Source of the DNA: an uncultured Granulicatella sp. | GTDB taxonomy: Bacteria > Bacillota > Bacilli > Lactobacillales > Aerococcaceae | NCBI GenBank assembly: GCA_963515985.1 | Contig: CAUQAL010000001.1 | Coordinates: 2,357-66,356 of the forward strand | DNA: 64,000 bases | Direction of reading: 5' to 3' | In this document: positions 50,930 to 61,426 of the stretch, piece by piece | Layout: every line of letters starts with the position of its first letter | Position numbering within the stretch: position 1 is the stretch's first letter | Position numbers and translations under genes: made by a program | The notes under the pieces: generated by a model | Seen by the model: only the letters and a program-made list of their open reading frames with translations | The model's database searches: none | What the model was told of the DNA's origin: nothing

Positions 50930-52099
50930 TTATTGTAATTCACTTAAGAAGCTTTGTCCGTTTCCTGTTGAAGATACGCCAAAGTTTTCAGAAATTGTTT
51001 CAGCAATATCTGAGAAATGTCCTTGAGTTAAGCGTGTTGGATGTTGAAGAGATTTACTAATCGCTAAAACTGGAATATACTCACGAGTATGGTCAGTTCC
51101 AGGGAATGTTGGGTCATTACCATGGTCAGCTGTAACAATTAATAAGTCATCTTCATGCATATGCTCTAAAATTTCTGGAATACGTGCATCGAATTCTTCT
51201 AATGCATTCCCATATCCAACAGTATCTCTACGGTGTCCATAAGCAGCATCGAAGTCTACTAAGTTTAAGAAACTCATTCCAGTGAAATCTTTTTTCAAGA
51301 TATCTACTAATTTATCGACACCATCCATATTGTTTTTCGTACGAACAAATTCAGTAATTCCTTGACCGTTGAAGATGTCATTAATTTTGCCAATTGCAAT
51401 AACATCAAAACCTTTTTCTTTTAAGAAATCTAATGTTGTTTGACCAAATGGACTTAATGCATAGTCATGACGGTTCGAAGTACGTTGGAAGTTACCTGGT
51501 GTTCCAACATATGGACGAGCAATAATACGGCCAATCATATATGGATCATCTTTAGTAATTCCTCTTGTATATTCACAAATACGATATAATTCTTCTAATG
51601 GAATAATTTCTTCATGAGCTGCAATTTGTAAAACTGGATCAGCACTTGTATAAACAATTAAATCGCCTGTTTCCATTTGATGTTTACCAAAATCATCAAT
51701 AACAGCTGTTCCACTATATGGTTTATTACATACAATGTTTCTACCAGAAAATTCTGTAATTTTATCTAATAAATCTTGAGGGAATCCATCAGGGAATACT
51801 CTAAATGGCGTTTTAATATTTAATCCCATTAATTCCCAGTGACCTGTCATTGTATCTTTTCCTACAGAAACTTCTTCTAATTTAGTGTAACTTCCTTTTG
51901 GATTTTCAACTGGCGGTACAGTTTTTAATGGTGCAATATTTCCTAATCCATATGCTTGCATATTTGGAACATTTAAACCAACTCGTTCTGAAATATGTCC
52001 TAATGTATGAGAACCTGCATCATTAAATGCAGCAGCATCCGGTGCTTCTCCAATCCCTACTGAGTCCATTACAATTACGTGAATTCTTTTAAATTTCAT
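50930..52099 (-). CDS. deoB: Phosphopentomutase
   Basis: [33 protein letters not shown]. Confidence 0.97.
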   Translation of the reverse strand: MKFKRIHVIVMDSVGIGEAPDAAAFNDAGSHTLGHISERVGLNVPNMQAYGLGNIAPLKTVPPVENPKGSYTKLEEVSVGKDTMTGHWELMGLNIKTPFRVFPDGFPQDLLDKITEFSGRNIVCNKPYSGTAVIDDFGKHQMETGDLIVYTSADPVLQIAAHEEIIPLEELYRICEYTRGITKDDPYMIGRIIARPYVGTPGNFQRTSNRHDYALSPFGQTTLDFLKEKGFDVIAIGKINDIFNGQGITEFVRTKNNMDGVDKLVDILKKDFTGMSFLNLVDFDAAYGHRRDTVGYGNALEEFDARIPEILEHMHEDDLLIVTADHGNDPTFPGTDHTREYIPVLAISKSLQHPTRLTQGHFSDIAETISENFGVSSTGNGQSFLSELQ

Positions 52100-52126
52100 C
52101 TGACATTCTTCTTTCTAGTATAAATT

Positions 52127-53020
52127 TTATTTTTTCGCACGAGGGTGCGCTTGTTGATAAATTTCTTTCATTCGTTCATTGGTTAAGTGTGTATAAATTT
52201 GAGTTGTACTAATATCACTATGTCCTAATAATTCTTGTACAATTCTCAAATCAGCCCCTGCTTCTAAAATATGCGTTGCAAAAGAATGACGCAATGTATG
52301 GGGACTTACTTCTTTATGAACGCCTGCTTCTTGTACAATTTTCTTTAAATTTTTCCAAAAACCTTGTCTTGTAAATCCATTTCCACGATGATTTAAAAAT
52401 AAATATTCTACTGGATTTGATTCCCGCTCTAACATCACTCTTGCATAAGTTAAATAATGCTGAACCCAATTAGTGGCTGCTTGTCCAATAGGAATAATTC
52501 TTTGTTTATTTCCTTTACCAATTGTTTGAAGAAATCCTAATTCTAAATGTAAGTCACTTAGTTTTAAAGTAATTAACTCACTAACACGCATCCCCGTTGC
52601 ATAAAGAAGTTCTAACATTGCTTTATCTCTTAACCCTAATACCGTTGAAGTATCACAGGAATTTAATACTTGTGTCACTTCATCAACGGTTAATGCTTTT
52701 GGTAACGTCTTACTCTTTTTAGGAACTTTCAGTGGTTGTACTGGATTTGTTTCCACTAATTGTTCCTGTTGTAAAAATTTAAAGAATTTTTTTAGGCAAC
52801 TAATCATTCTACTGGTAGAACTTGTCGCATAACCATCCTGTTTTAAGTCTTGTAAAAATAATACAATTAGAGAATAATCGACTTCTTTCCAATCTCGAAT
52901 CTGCTGTTCTTTCAAAAATTGGTAAAATTTCATTAAATCTCTTTGATAACTCATTACTGTATTTTGAGATAATCCTTGAATTGCCAATGAATCCACAAAA
53001 TAATCCAAATTACGTTGCAT
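52127..53020 (-). CDS. xerD: Site-specific tyrosine recombinase XerD
   Basis: TGMRVSE, HTLRHSFATH, LGH, TQIY; fur-xerD-deoB-punA synteny as in Bacillus. Confidence 0.93.
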   Translation of the reverse strand: MQRNLDYFVDSLAIQGLSQNTVMSYQRDLMKFYQFLKEQQIRDWKEVDYSLIVLFLQDLKQDGYATSSTSRMISCLKKFFKFLQQEQLVETNPVQPLKVPKKSKTLPKALTVDEVTQVLNSCDTSTVLGLRDKAMLELLYATGMRVSELITLKLSDLHLELGFLQTIGKGNKQRIIPIGQAATNWVQHYLTYARVMLERESNPVEYLFLNHRGNGFTRQGFWKNLKKIVQEAGVHKEVSPHTLRHSFATHILEAGADLRIVQELLGHSDISTTQIYTHLTNERMKEIYQQAHPRAKK

Positions 53021-53462
53021 GAGTTTCACCTTCTCTACATTTTTGACAAATGCCATGGAAAGTTAAACGATGATCTTCCACTTTGAAATGAAATCTTTCT
53101 TCAACTACTTTTTCTACTTCACCTAATAAATTTTCATGAATTTCTTCAATATTCCCACATTTATTACATAGTAAGTGATGGTGGAAACGATTGGATTCAT
53201 CTCGTTTTAAATCATAACGAGCTAATCCATCATCGAACACAACTCGATAAGTAATATTTAAATCTGTTAATATTTCTAAAGTTCGATAGACTGTTGCTAA
53301 TCCAATATCAGGATATTTCCGCTTAACAAGCATATATATAGCTTCAGCACTCAGATGGTCATCTTCTTTTTCTAATAAAATTGCAACTGTTGCTTGTCTT
53401 TGAGGAGTTAACTTAAATCCCTCTTCCTGCAATTTCTTTTTGATGCCTTCCATTGTTAACAC
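53010..53462 (-). CDS. fur: Ferric uptake regulator
   Basis: KLTPQR, HLSAE, GLATVYRTL, HHHLLC..C, HGICQKC; exact start uncertain (GTG 53462 or ATG 53453). Confidence 0.92.
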   Translation of the reverse strand: MLTMEGIKKKLQEEGFKLTPQRQATVAILLEKEDDHLSAEAIYMLVKRKYPDIGLATVYRTLEILTDLNITYRVVFDDGLARYDLKRDESNRFHHHLLCNKCGNIEEIHENLLGEVEKVVEERFHFKVEDHRLTFHGICQKCREGETHAT

Positions 53463-53486
53463 AGTCCTATCCCTCCATTTCAATCC

Positions 53487-54350
53487 TTATTTTTCTTCTA
53501 CTAATTGAATAAATCCTTCTGATTGTGTAATTTTTTTTGCTTTTAATAAGGAACCAATTGCACGTTTGAATTGTCCCTTACTAATTCCAAAAATTTCTTT
53601 AATAATCGTCGGATCTGTTTTATCCCAATACGGTAATGTATGCGTTGGACGATTTCTTAACATTGTTAAAATCATTTCTGCATCATCCCCAATTGCTTCA
53701 AATGCTCTTGGTCTCATGGATACATTTAATACACCATCTGGACGAACACCAATCACTCGTACATTGACTAATTCACCAAGTGTTGGTTCATATAATCGTT
53801 CACTTGGATGTAAGAAGCATCGATACCCTTCTTCTGTTATTAAAAATGTTCCTACTAATTTTACATTGGTTACAGTAGCAGATACATCTTTATTTTTTAA
53901 TGTATGATTGGCTCTAATGGATTTTGCTTTTAACTCTGTTCCATCTCCCATAGTTGCCCAAGTACGATTTTTCTTATCTTTAATTAAAGTTACATATAAT
54001 CGATTATTTTTCTTCGGCCATAATTCTTTTAAGTTTGGTAATTCATCTAATGAAACAACCATATCTTTATCCGGTAGTCCAATCGATACGAATACGCCTA
54101 AATCTTTTCTCACTTGAGTAACTGTTGCCCATCCATAAGTTTCATTGGTTACTTCTGGAATATCAAGGGTCATGATTTTCTTACGATCACTATTTTCATA
54201 TACAAAGCCTGTTACGACATCTCCGATGGCTAATATTACATCGGGATTTTTTGAAACACGATACGTTTCACCTTGTTTTTGAACAAAGTACGCTTTATCA
54301 TTTTCATCCGTCACAATAGCTTGAATAATAGTGGATAAATCATTTGTCAT
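53487..54350 (-). CDS. cvfB: S1 RNA-binding protein CvfB/YitL
   Basis: Tandem S1 domains and a C-terminal winged helix (FGISKGQFKRAIG). Confidence 0.9.
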   Translation of the reverse strand: MTNDLSTIIQAIVTDENDKAYFVQKQGETYRVSKNPDVILAIGDVVTGFVYENSDRKKIMTLDIPEVTNETYGWATVTQVRKDLGVFVSIGLPDKDMVVSLDELPNLKELWPKKNNRLYVTLIKDKKNRTWATMGDGTELKAKSIRANHTLKNKDVSATVTNVKLVGTFLITEEGYRCFLHPSERLYEPTLGELVNVRVIGVRPDGVLNVSMRPRAFEAIGDDAEMILTMLRNRPTHTLPYWDKTDPTIIKEIFGISKGQFKRAIGSLLKAKKITQSEGFIQLVEEK

Positions 54351-54413
54351 CGCTTTCCCTCCTTTACTTATTTAGCATTCCTATTCTAACACAGAAATCA
54401 TAAAAGCGAAAAC

Positions 54414-54442
54414 AAAAAAACGAGACAGCTGTCTCGTTTTTT
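54414..54442. terminator. Terminator downstream of the choline locus
   Basis: AAAAAAACGAGACA-gc-TGTCTCGTTTTTT. Confidence 0.75.
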
Positions 54443-54474
54443 AACGTCTAATATTTAAAATGTATGCAACAGAA

Positions 54475-54569
54475 TAGACTTCCTAATAGTAGTATGGGTA
54501 ATATAAGCCGAATTTTCGGCTTATATTACAGGTTGACGTCCTAATACTACTATTCCCTTAGGAAGTCTA
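54475..54569 (+). repeat. Modular hairpin element, copy C (short variant lacking the two inner hairpins)
   Basis: TAGACTTCCT-AATAGTAGTAT-gg-[GTAATATAAGCCGA attt TCGGCTTATATTAC]-AGG-TTGAC-GTCC-ta-ATACTACTATT-ccctt-AGGAAGTCTA. Confidence 0.8.
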
Positions 54570-54574
54570 AAATA

Positions 54575-56089
54575 TTACATCTCTTTTTCGTAAGCTTTCA
54601 AATCTTTTAAGAAACTTGCCACAATCAAAATAATAATTAATCCAATTGGGAATGCTGCAATAATCGCAACAGATTGTAAATTATACATTGAATTTTCTGA
54701 GAAAATTAATGCAATCGGTAAAATAATAAACACTACTGCCCAGAACATACGAACACGTTTATCAGAATCATGCGTATCTTCTAATGTCTTATAAGAATAA
54801 GCAGAAATCACTAAAGTTAACGCATCAAATGTTGTCGCATAAAAGGCAACCATTGTCACAGCTAATAAAATTAACCCTAATTGACTTAAAGGCATTGTAT
54901 CAAAAATTTTCAAAATAATTCCTGCATAATCTGGATTATCTGTTACTAATCCACTAGAAATATCTAAACCATGTTTTAATTGTTGTGCTAAACCATAGTT
55001 TCCTAAAATAATAAATGAAGTAAATGTTCCAGCAATTCCCCAAGAATAAGCCCCTAAAATAGTTTGCTTAATCGTACGTCCTTTACTAATGCTACCAATA
55101 AAGAATGGAGTTGCTACACACCAAACCATCCAATAAGCCCAGTAATAAATTGTCCATTTTTGAGGAAACGATGTTTCACGCAATGGATCTAACCAAGTTG
55201 ATAACCCAATAAAGTTTTGCGCTAAATTCCCAATAGAGCTAAACCCAGTTTCTAAAATATATACTGTTTCTCCACCAGCAAATAAGAAATAAGCTAATAG
55301 AGCAAAGAATAAATATGAACAGTAAGTTGCTAATTTAGAAACAGCTTCCATTCCTAATAACACTGTCGAAGTGTAAACTAAAGCAATTAATAATAAAATA
55401 ACAATTGTTGCACCAGTTGAGTTTTCAAATCCAAAAACATGACCCATTGCTGCTGATAATAAAGGAGTTGCTAATGAAAACGTTGTTGCAGTTCCAGCAA
55501 TTAAGGCAAAAATAGCAATTAAATCAATGACTTTCCCCATCCATCCATCTACTTTATCTTTTAAAATAGGACGACATGCTTCAGAGAATTTTTGTTTTTC
55601 CACTTTACGCACATGTAACATGAAACCAAATGCAACAGCTAACATAATATAAAATCCCCAAGCAATTGGTCCCCAGTGAAATAATGGAAACGTAGGAGCC
55701 CATCTTTGAATGCCACCTAATTGAGCCACATAATCTTCATTTGCATATAGTGCCCACTCACATAAAGAATAGAACAAAATATCCGCAGCCATTGTAGAAG
55801 TAAAAATCATCACTCCCCATTGGAAAGAAGTATATTCAGGCTTTTCTCCTTTTCCTAATACAATAGAACCATATTTTGAAAAGGCTACATACATACTACA
55901 ACTAAAAATTCCCACACCTAAAAGTGCATAATAAATACTAAATTGGTCTCCTAGCCAAGTACGAATCCCGCCTAGAATTAATGATGATTGTTCAGGAATG
56001 ACTAAAAATAGTACTCCTAGTAACAAAACTCCTAACAAAGGTACTATAGTAGATACCCAGTCAATTTCTTGATGTAATCTCTTTTGCAT
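54575..56089 (-). CDS. BCCT-family betaine/choline/carnitine transporter
   Basis: About 12 TM; FHWG...W, WTIYYWAYWMVW, SKGRTI motifs. Confidence 0.9.
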   Translation of the reverse strand: MQKRLHQEIDWVSTIVPLLGVLLLGVLFLVIPEQSSLILGGIRTWLGDQFSIYYALLGVGIFSCSMYVAFSKYGSIVLGKGEKPEYTSFQWGVMIFTSTMAADILFYSLCEWALYANEDYVAQLGGIQRWAPTFPLFHWGPIAWGFYIMLAVAFGFMLHVRKVEKQKFSEACRPILKDKVDGWMGKVIDLIAIFALIAGTATTFSLATPLLSAAMGHVFGFENSTGATIVILLLIALVYTSTVLLGMEAVSKLATYCSYLFFALLAYFLFAGGETVYILETGFSSIGNLAQNFIGLSTWLDPLRETSFPQKWTIYYWAYWMVWCVATPFFIGSISKGRTIKQTILGAYSWGIAGTFTSFIILGNYGLAQQLKHGLDISSGLVTDNPDYAGIILKIFDTMPLSQLGLILLAVTMVAFYATTFDALTLVISAYSYKTLEDTHDSDKRVRMFWAVVFIILPIALIFSENSMYNLQSVAIIAAFPIGLIIILIVASFLKDLKAYEKEM

Positions 56090-56090
56090 G

Positions 56091-56825
56091 TTAAACTTCC
56101 TCACCTTCATCCAAGATACTTTGATAACTTGGATCTAATTCTAATAATTCTTCTAAATTATCGATTTCCACAATATCTGTTTTTTCCATTGGATAAATTC
56201 CTAATTCATATTCATCTGCATGACAAAACATTGCTACATCATCCCAATAAATTTGACGATTTTGTTTCACATCAAATTCTTGTTCTAAATGACGTGCTAA
56301 ACGCTGTCCATCTTCTTTATTCCAACGAGAAATACTATATAATTGCCAGCCTTTTTCTCCACCAGTTCGTGAACATTGAATAACTTTTTCTTGTTCATTG
56401 ACTGTCATTAACCATTCATCGGTATGTCCTTCAGTCCACACACAGTTATAACCTGAGTGAGTAAAGTCAGCATGAAGAATTTCCGGATTATAAATTAATT
56501 GATCGCTATCTAAAATAATGACATCTTCTAAATATTCTCTTGCTACATACAGAGACGAAATATTATTACATGTGTTATAATACGGATTTTCAATAATTTT
56601 TAATCCTGGATATTCTTGTTCTAATGGATAAAATTGTTCTTTTAAATATCCAACTACTACATAAATTTCATGAATACCATTTTTATGTAACGCTTGAATC
56701 ACAGTGTCAATCATACGTACTCCATTGACCTTTACAAGCGGTTTTGGAGTATGATTTGTAATAGGTCTCATTCTTGTTCCTTGACCTGCAGCCATTAAAA
56801 TGGCTCTTTTAATTGTATGTGTCAT
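56091..56825 (-). CDS. licC: CTP:phosphocholine cytidylyltransferase (LicC-like)
   Basis: AILMAAGQGTRMRP, PKPL, NNISSL, DSD, YWD, EID. Confidence 0.85.
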   Translation of the reverse strand: MTHTIKRAILMAAGQGTRMRPITNHTPKPLVKVNGVRMIDTVIQALHKNGIHEIYVVVGYLKEQFYPLEQEYPGLKIIENPYYNTCNNISSLYVAREYLEDVIILDSDQLIYNPEILHADFTHSGYNCVWTEGHTDEWLMTVNEQEKVIQCSRTGGEKGWQLYSISRWNKEDGQRLARHLEQEFDVKQNRQIYWDDVAMFCHADEYELGIYPMEKTDIVEIDNLEELLELDPSYQSILDEGEEV

Positions 56826-56838
56826 CTTTTCCCTCTTT

Positions 56839-58584
56839 TCACAGTTCCTTTAATAAAGATAGTACTAATTTAGAATATTCTTTTGCATAACGGTACTGAC
56901 ATAATGAATATTCTCCAAAATCAATTCCTAAACTTCGCTTATATTCGCACCAATTACTCCATAATAATCCAGCACTTGCAATATACGCATAAATTTTCGT
57001 ACGAATAATTGGAGAAACTTCTCCTTTAAAGTATAAATCAATCAATTGATCCACTTGTTCTTTTGAATATAGAGAATAAATACTAAACATCGCAATATCA
57101 ACATGGGGATCTTGCATTCCCGCATATTCCCAGTCAATAATTCGAATACCATCTTTTGTAAATAAGAAGTTATCTGGAACTGCATCGATATGAACAAGAG
57201 TCTCTTTCTTCTCTAATGTATCAATCCATTTCTTTAATTCAAAAATAGCTGCTTTTGTTTTTTCATAATCTTTAAAATAAGATTTTTCTCCGTTCCATAA
57301 ACTTTCATAAAAATCAATTTGCCCAAAAATATCAAAATGATGGTCTACTTTTAAATTTAATTCATGAAATTCTCGAAGTTTCGTCATACAAGCTTCTACT
57401 TCATTCCAATTTTCTGCATCACAATTTGTTGCATCTTCTAAATAAGCTGTAATTTTATATCCATTATCCGGGTTCATATATAAAACATCATCACAAATTT
57501 GTCGATTCTCTAATGCTTGATAAACATCTGCTTCTTCTTTTCGATTAATTAAATGATCCGTTCCTTCACCAGGAATTCTCATAATATATTTTTGATTTTG
57601 ACATTCGAATAAAAACGATCGATTCGTCATTCCTTTTTTCAAAACAGTAATATTTTTAATTTCATCAACTTCAACATTAAAACAATCTTGAATAATTGAA
57701 ATTGCATCTGTTTGTAAGTTAGCAGAATTTCCATCTATTTCTCGCAGTTGTTCATATGTGTTAATCTCAATGAATTGTTTTGAATTTACCACTTTAGAAG
57801 GAATGATCCATTTATTTTTATCTTGTAAAGTACATTCCCAAAACTCATGGTCATAGGAAGGCTTTTTGGAAAATTCTTGTAATCTTTCTTGAACAGTTTT
57901 TGCCTCATTTCCAGCTAAATAACAAAGACCAATCATTTGATTTCCTTCATTTTCTTCATCTACCATGACTAATTCTCTTTTACGATTCACACGAACTGTA
58001 CTATCCAATGAAGATTCATCTGTAACCATATACCACGAATACGGTTCAAAATCACTAAATGGATTTTCTTCTGACCAAATATCGCATGGAATAATATACG
58101 TTTGATCTAATGAAGTTTTTATCTTACTTAATGAATGTAAATTATTTTTCACTTGATATTCAGAATTAACCACTAATCGAACATTAAATTCATCGATTAA
58201 ATATTCATATCTTTCCTTCATAAAGCCAACTACTACTTGGATATCTGTAATCCCAACTTCATGAAGATGACGAATCATTCTCTCAATTAATACTTCTCCT
58301 TTAACTTCTAATAATCCTTTTGGAATTTCCGTATTAATTGGAACCATTCGCATTCCAAATCCTGCTGCTAAAATAATTGCTTTCTTTGGTCGATTCTCCA
58401 TAATAAAGTTAACAGCCATTTCACTTAGTTCTCCATTTGCTGTTATCCATTTGTTATCTTGTAATTCTTTTACTACACGATTGACTAATCCTAACGAATA
58501 TCCTGATTGATTTGCGATTTCTCGTTGATTCATCATCGGATTCATTCGAATTGCGTTCAGAATATCCAATTCTTGAACGTTCAT
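56839..58584 (-). CDS. Fusion: MarR-like wHTH + LicC-like NTP transferase + choline kinase (LicA-like)
   Basis: N-terminal NQREIA..SGYSLGLVN HTH; ILAAGFGMRM..PKGL; kinase GMTN, RIPG, HIDAVPDN (Brenner motif), IDWEYAG. Confidence 0.9.
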   Translation of the reverse strand: MNVQELDILNAIRMNPMMNQREIANQSGYSLGLVNRVVKELQDNKWITANGELSEMAVNFIMENRPKKAIILAAGFGMRMVPINTEIPKGLLEVKGEVLIERMIRHLHEVGITDIQVVVGFMKERYEYLIDEFNVRLVVNSEYQVKNNLHSLSKIKTSLDQTYIIPCDIWSEENPFSDFEPYSWYMVTDESSLDSTVRVNRKRELVMVDEENEGNQMIGLCYLAGNEAKTVQERLQEFSKKPSYDHEFWECTLQDKNKWIIPSKVVNSKQFIEINTYEQLREIDGNSANLQTDAISIIQDCFNVEVDEIKNITVLKKGMTNRSFLFECQNQKYIMRIPGEGTDHLINRKEEADVYQALENRQICDDVLYMNPDNGYKITAYLEDATNCDAENWNEVEACMTKLREFHELNLKVDHHFDIFGQIDFYESLWNGEKSYFKDYEKTKAAIFELKKWIDTLEKKETLVHIDAVPDNFLFTKDGIRIIDWEYAGMQDPHVDIAMFSIYSLYSKEQVDQLIDLYFKGEVSPIIRTKIYAYIASAGLLWSNWCEYKRSLGIDFGEYSLCQYRYAKEYSKLVLSLLKEL

Positions 58585-58763
58585 GTAATCACCTCTTTAT
58601 ATTTTTATGAACTAAAATCAGTTTACACCTACTATTTTTAAATAGCAATAGTATTTTTTTAAGAATTGTTAAAAATTCATATAAAAAAACTTTTCAAAAT
58701 AGCTTACTGATCCTCGCTATTTTGAAAAGTCATCTATAAACTTACTTTTAATATATATGGCAA

Positions 58764-59018
58764 TTAATACATGGAAATCACTTTAATTCTTTTCCAGCAT
58801 TTGCAAATTGGTACACCGATTACTTCTGATTCAATTAATTCAATAATGGATTCAAAAATAAATTCTTTTTTCTTCTTAATATTATTTAACAGAAATGAAT
58901 TTTCATTTCGATAACTTAAATATTTTTGTTCACCAATTTCAAATTCAATTCGATGCCCTTTTTCTAACATATCTATAAACAAATTCAATGATTTTAATTG
59001 ACGATTCATTGCATACAT
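58764..59018 (-). CDS. Small hypothetical protein, possible orphan toxin-immunity protein
   Basis: AGGTGA RBS; G.RIEFE...KY...FESI.ELI...I...W..I.VISMY pattern; downstream hairpin at about 58689-58730. Confidence 0.5.
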   Translation of the reverse strand: MYAMNRQLKSLNLFIDMLEKGHRIEFEIGEQKYLSYRNENSFLLNNIKKKKEFIFESIIELIESEVIGVPICKCWKRIKVISMY

Positions 59019-59236
59019 TGCTATCACCTATACCATTAGATTTGTGAAGGTTAAACTGTCACTTCATCATTCCATATTCAGTCTGTCTTATCAGTCCATT
59101 AAAATAATCCTTTTTTAAATTTATCCCCCTCCCCTATATTTTACGTATTTGTTCCGTGAATTAGAAACAAGCTTATTTTCGTAAAACCAAAAAGCTTTTA
59201 AATCAATGTTTTCACACTCGTAAAAACGTATAAAAA

Positions 59237-59310
59237 CGGTGCTAGAGGGATTTGAACCCCCGACCTAACGTTTAGGAAACGTTTGCTCTATCCTACTGAG
59301 CTATAGCACC
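59237..59310 (-). tRNA. tRNA-Arg(CCT)
   Basis: GGTGCTA acceptor stem, D arm GCTCAGTAGGATAGAGC, anticodon arm AACGT-TT-CCT-AA-ACGTT, T arm GGGGG-TTCAAAT-CCCTC; CCA not encoded. Confidence 0.95.
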
Positions 59311-59376
59311 CCTCGAATGTATTCTGTCATAAAACAGCTTCAATGTCTAGTAGTACAGATATATTTTTATCATATT

Positions 59377-60726
59377 TCAATCTGTTTTTTTCCGATTTAT
59401 ACTTTTTTCTTTTCTTCTCTTTTTAGCTCGATGTTCTCCGATTAAAACTAATAACAATAACAGTGATCCACCAATAATTACCGCAAAAGCAAAAGCGTTT
59501 TGAATAATATACACTTGAAGCGTTTGCTGTCTTTTCTCAGGTTCTTTTGGTAAATCAGCAAAACCACTTTCTGCTACAACCTCTACACTCGGAAATGTTT
59601 GATTTTCTTTTAGGAACTCCCCTTTTAAAGTAAGATTTATTTTTTTATTTTCTACTTTCCATTCTGGCGTTTTACCCTTTTCAATAATCATCTCAAGAGA
59701 TTGATTCGTTGTAATTTTATGGCCATCAAAATCATGTTCTCCTGCTGGTAAAATTGTTTGATAGGAAAAATGTTCTAATACATATTTTAAAATCGCATTT
59801 CCAAATGTATGGCGAATAAATTCTCCATCTTGGTTTGACCAATTCCCAACTCCAAGAACCACTTCCACTAGTTTCATCTTATCTTTTTCATAAGTAGCAA
59901 TATAGTTAAAAGCACCATAACCACTTGATCCTGTCTTTAGTCCATTTACTCCTTCCAATCCATATTTAGCACCTGGAACTGAATAATTATAAGTATCAAA
60001 TTTTTCTTCATATGGAGTCCCTTCCATCGTTTTAACAACAGCTGAATTGGTATAGTGTAAAACCTGTGGATATCGATTCATTAAATCCATCGCTAATATC
60101 GCTAAATCTCGAGCAGTTGTTTGATTTGGCTTTGAAGCATCATATCCTTCTGGTTGATAATAGCCTTGGAATAACTCTGCTACAGCACCTGAAGCATTAT
60201 TAAACTGTGTGTGGTTCATGCCTAATTCTTTTGCTTTTGCATTCATTTTTTCAATAAATTTTGCAGAATCATTCGTAATCGCATTAGCTAACATGAGTGT
60301 TGCAGCATTTGAAGAAGGAACAAGTGTCATTTTAATTAATTCTTCAATTGGGTATTCTACCCCTTCTACAATTTTATTATTACTAATCGCATAAATATTT
60401 GAAATAGCTTGATCCTCTTTTGTTGCAGTCACTTTCTGAGTGAGAGATAAATCTCCTTTCTCGATAGTTTCCATCACTAAATATACTGTCATTACTTTAC
60501 TGATACTAGCAGGATCACGCTGTTCATCAATATGATCTTGCCATAAAATTCTACCGGTATACGCATCTACTACAATAGATGCTTTTGGTTTATCTTCTGG
60601 ATTCACTTCATAACCAGCACCTTTTGTTAATTCAACAATATCTACTGTTTCTGCAGCAATTTGTTTCATCATTCCCATGAAACAAAATAAAAATATAATT
60701 CCCAAAAATTTTGAAAAATTTCTCAA
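59377..60726 (-). CDS. D-alanyl-D-alanine carboxypeptidase (peptidase S11, low-MW PBP) with C-terminal TM anchor
   Basis: SISK (SxxK), SSN (SxN), KTG; signal peptide; TTG start. Confidence 0.92.
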   Translation of the reverse strand: MRNFSKFLGIIFLFCFMGMMKQIAAETVDIVELTKGAGYEVNPEDKPKASIVVDAYTGRILWQDHIDEQRDPASISKVMTVYLVMETIEKGDLSLTQKVTATKEDQAISNIYAISNNKIVEGVEYPIEELIKMTLVPSSNAATLMLANAITNDSAKFIEKMNAKAKELGMNHTQFNNASGAVAELFQGYYQPEGYDASKPNQTTARDLAILAMDLMNRYPQVLHYTNSAVVKTMEGTPYEEKFDTYNYSVPGAKYGLEGVNGLKTGSSGYGAFNYIATYEKDKMKLVEVVLGVGNWSNQDGEFIRHTFGNAILKYVLEHFSYQTILPAGEHDFDGHKITTNQSLEMIIEKGKTPEWKVENKKINLTLKGEFLKENQTFPSVEVVAESGFADLPKEPEKRQQTLQVYIIQNAFAFAVIIGGSLLLLLVLIGEHRAKKRRKEKSINRKKTD

Positions 60727-60846
60727 GTATCTCTCACCTTTTCTCTAATATTCTAAATTAATTATAACATATTTCGATAAACAGTTCACATTTTACTCAA
60801 ACAAAAAACTGTAAGAGTTTATTCTCTTACAGTTCACAAAGATTTC

Positions 60847-61326
60847 TTATACAGATTCAATTTTTGTAATTTTAACTTTCATATCTCCACCAGGAGTCTG
60901 GATGACAACTTCGTCATTTAATTTCTTACCAAGAATTCCTTTTGCAATTGGAGAATCATTTGAAATTTTTCCTTCGATAGGATTTGCTTCTGCACTTCCT
61001 ACGATTGTATAAGATTCTTCTTCACCATTTGGTAATTCAATAAAAGTAATTTTACGTCCTAATGAAACGACATCTTTTTCGACATTATTATCATCGATAA
61101 TTTCAGCAAAACGAATCATTTTTTCAAGAGTTGTAATTCTTCCTTCAACAAAGGCTTGTTCATCTTTAGCTGATTCGTACTCTGAATTTTCAGATAAGTC
61201 ACCATAACTACGAGCAATTTTAATACGCTCAACGATTTCTTTACGTTTAACTACTTTTAGTTCTTCCAATTCAGCTTCTAATTTTGCTTTACCTTCAAGT
61301 GTCATTGGATATAATTTCTCAGTCAT
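60847..61326 (-). CDS. greA: Transcription elongation factor GreA
   Basis: [20 protein letters not shown]. Confidence 0.97.
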   Translation of the reverse strand: MTEKLYPMTLEGKAKLEAELEELKVVKRKEIVERIKIARSYGDLSENSEYESAKDEQAFVEGRITTLEKMIRFAEIIDDNNVEKDVVSLGRKITFIELPNGEEESYTIVGSAEANPIEGKISNDSPIAKGILGKKLNDEVVIQTPGGDMKVKITKIESV

Positions 61327-61426
61327 TTGGCTTCTCCCTCTTTTCCATTTTAATGCTTTGACAGTGGTAAAAACATACCATTTTATGAAGAAGAATGCAA
61401 GCATTATTTATAATATTCTAAGAATT

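Noticed and set aside
52127..53020. Tyrosine recombinase as a phage or ICE integrase
   Set aside because: XerD-type sequence in the conserved fur-xerD-deoB-punA context, with no mobile genes nearby.
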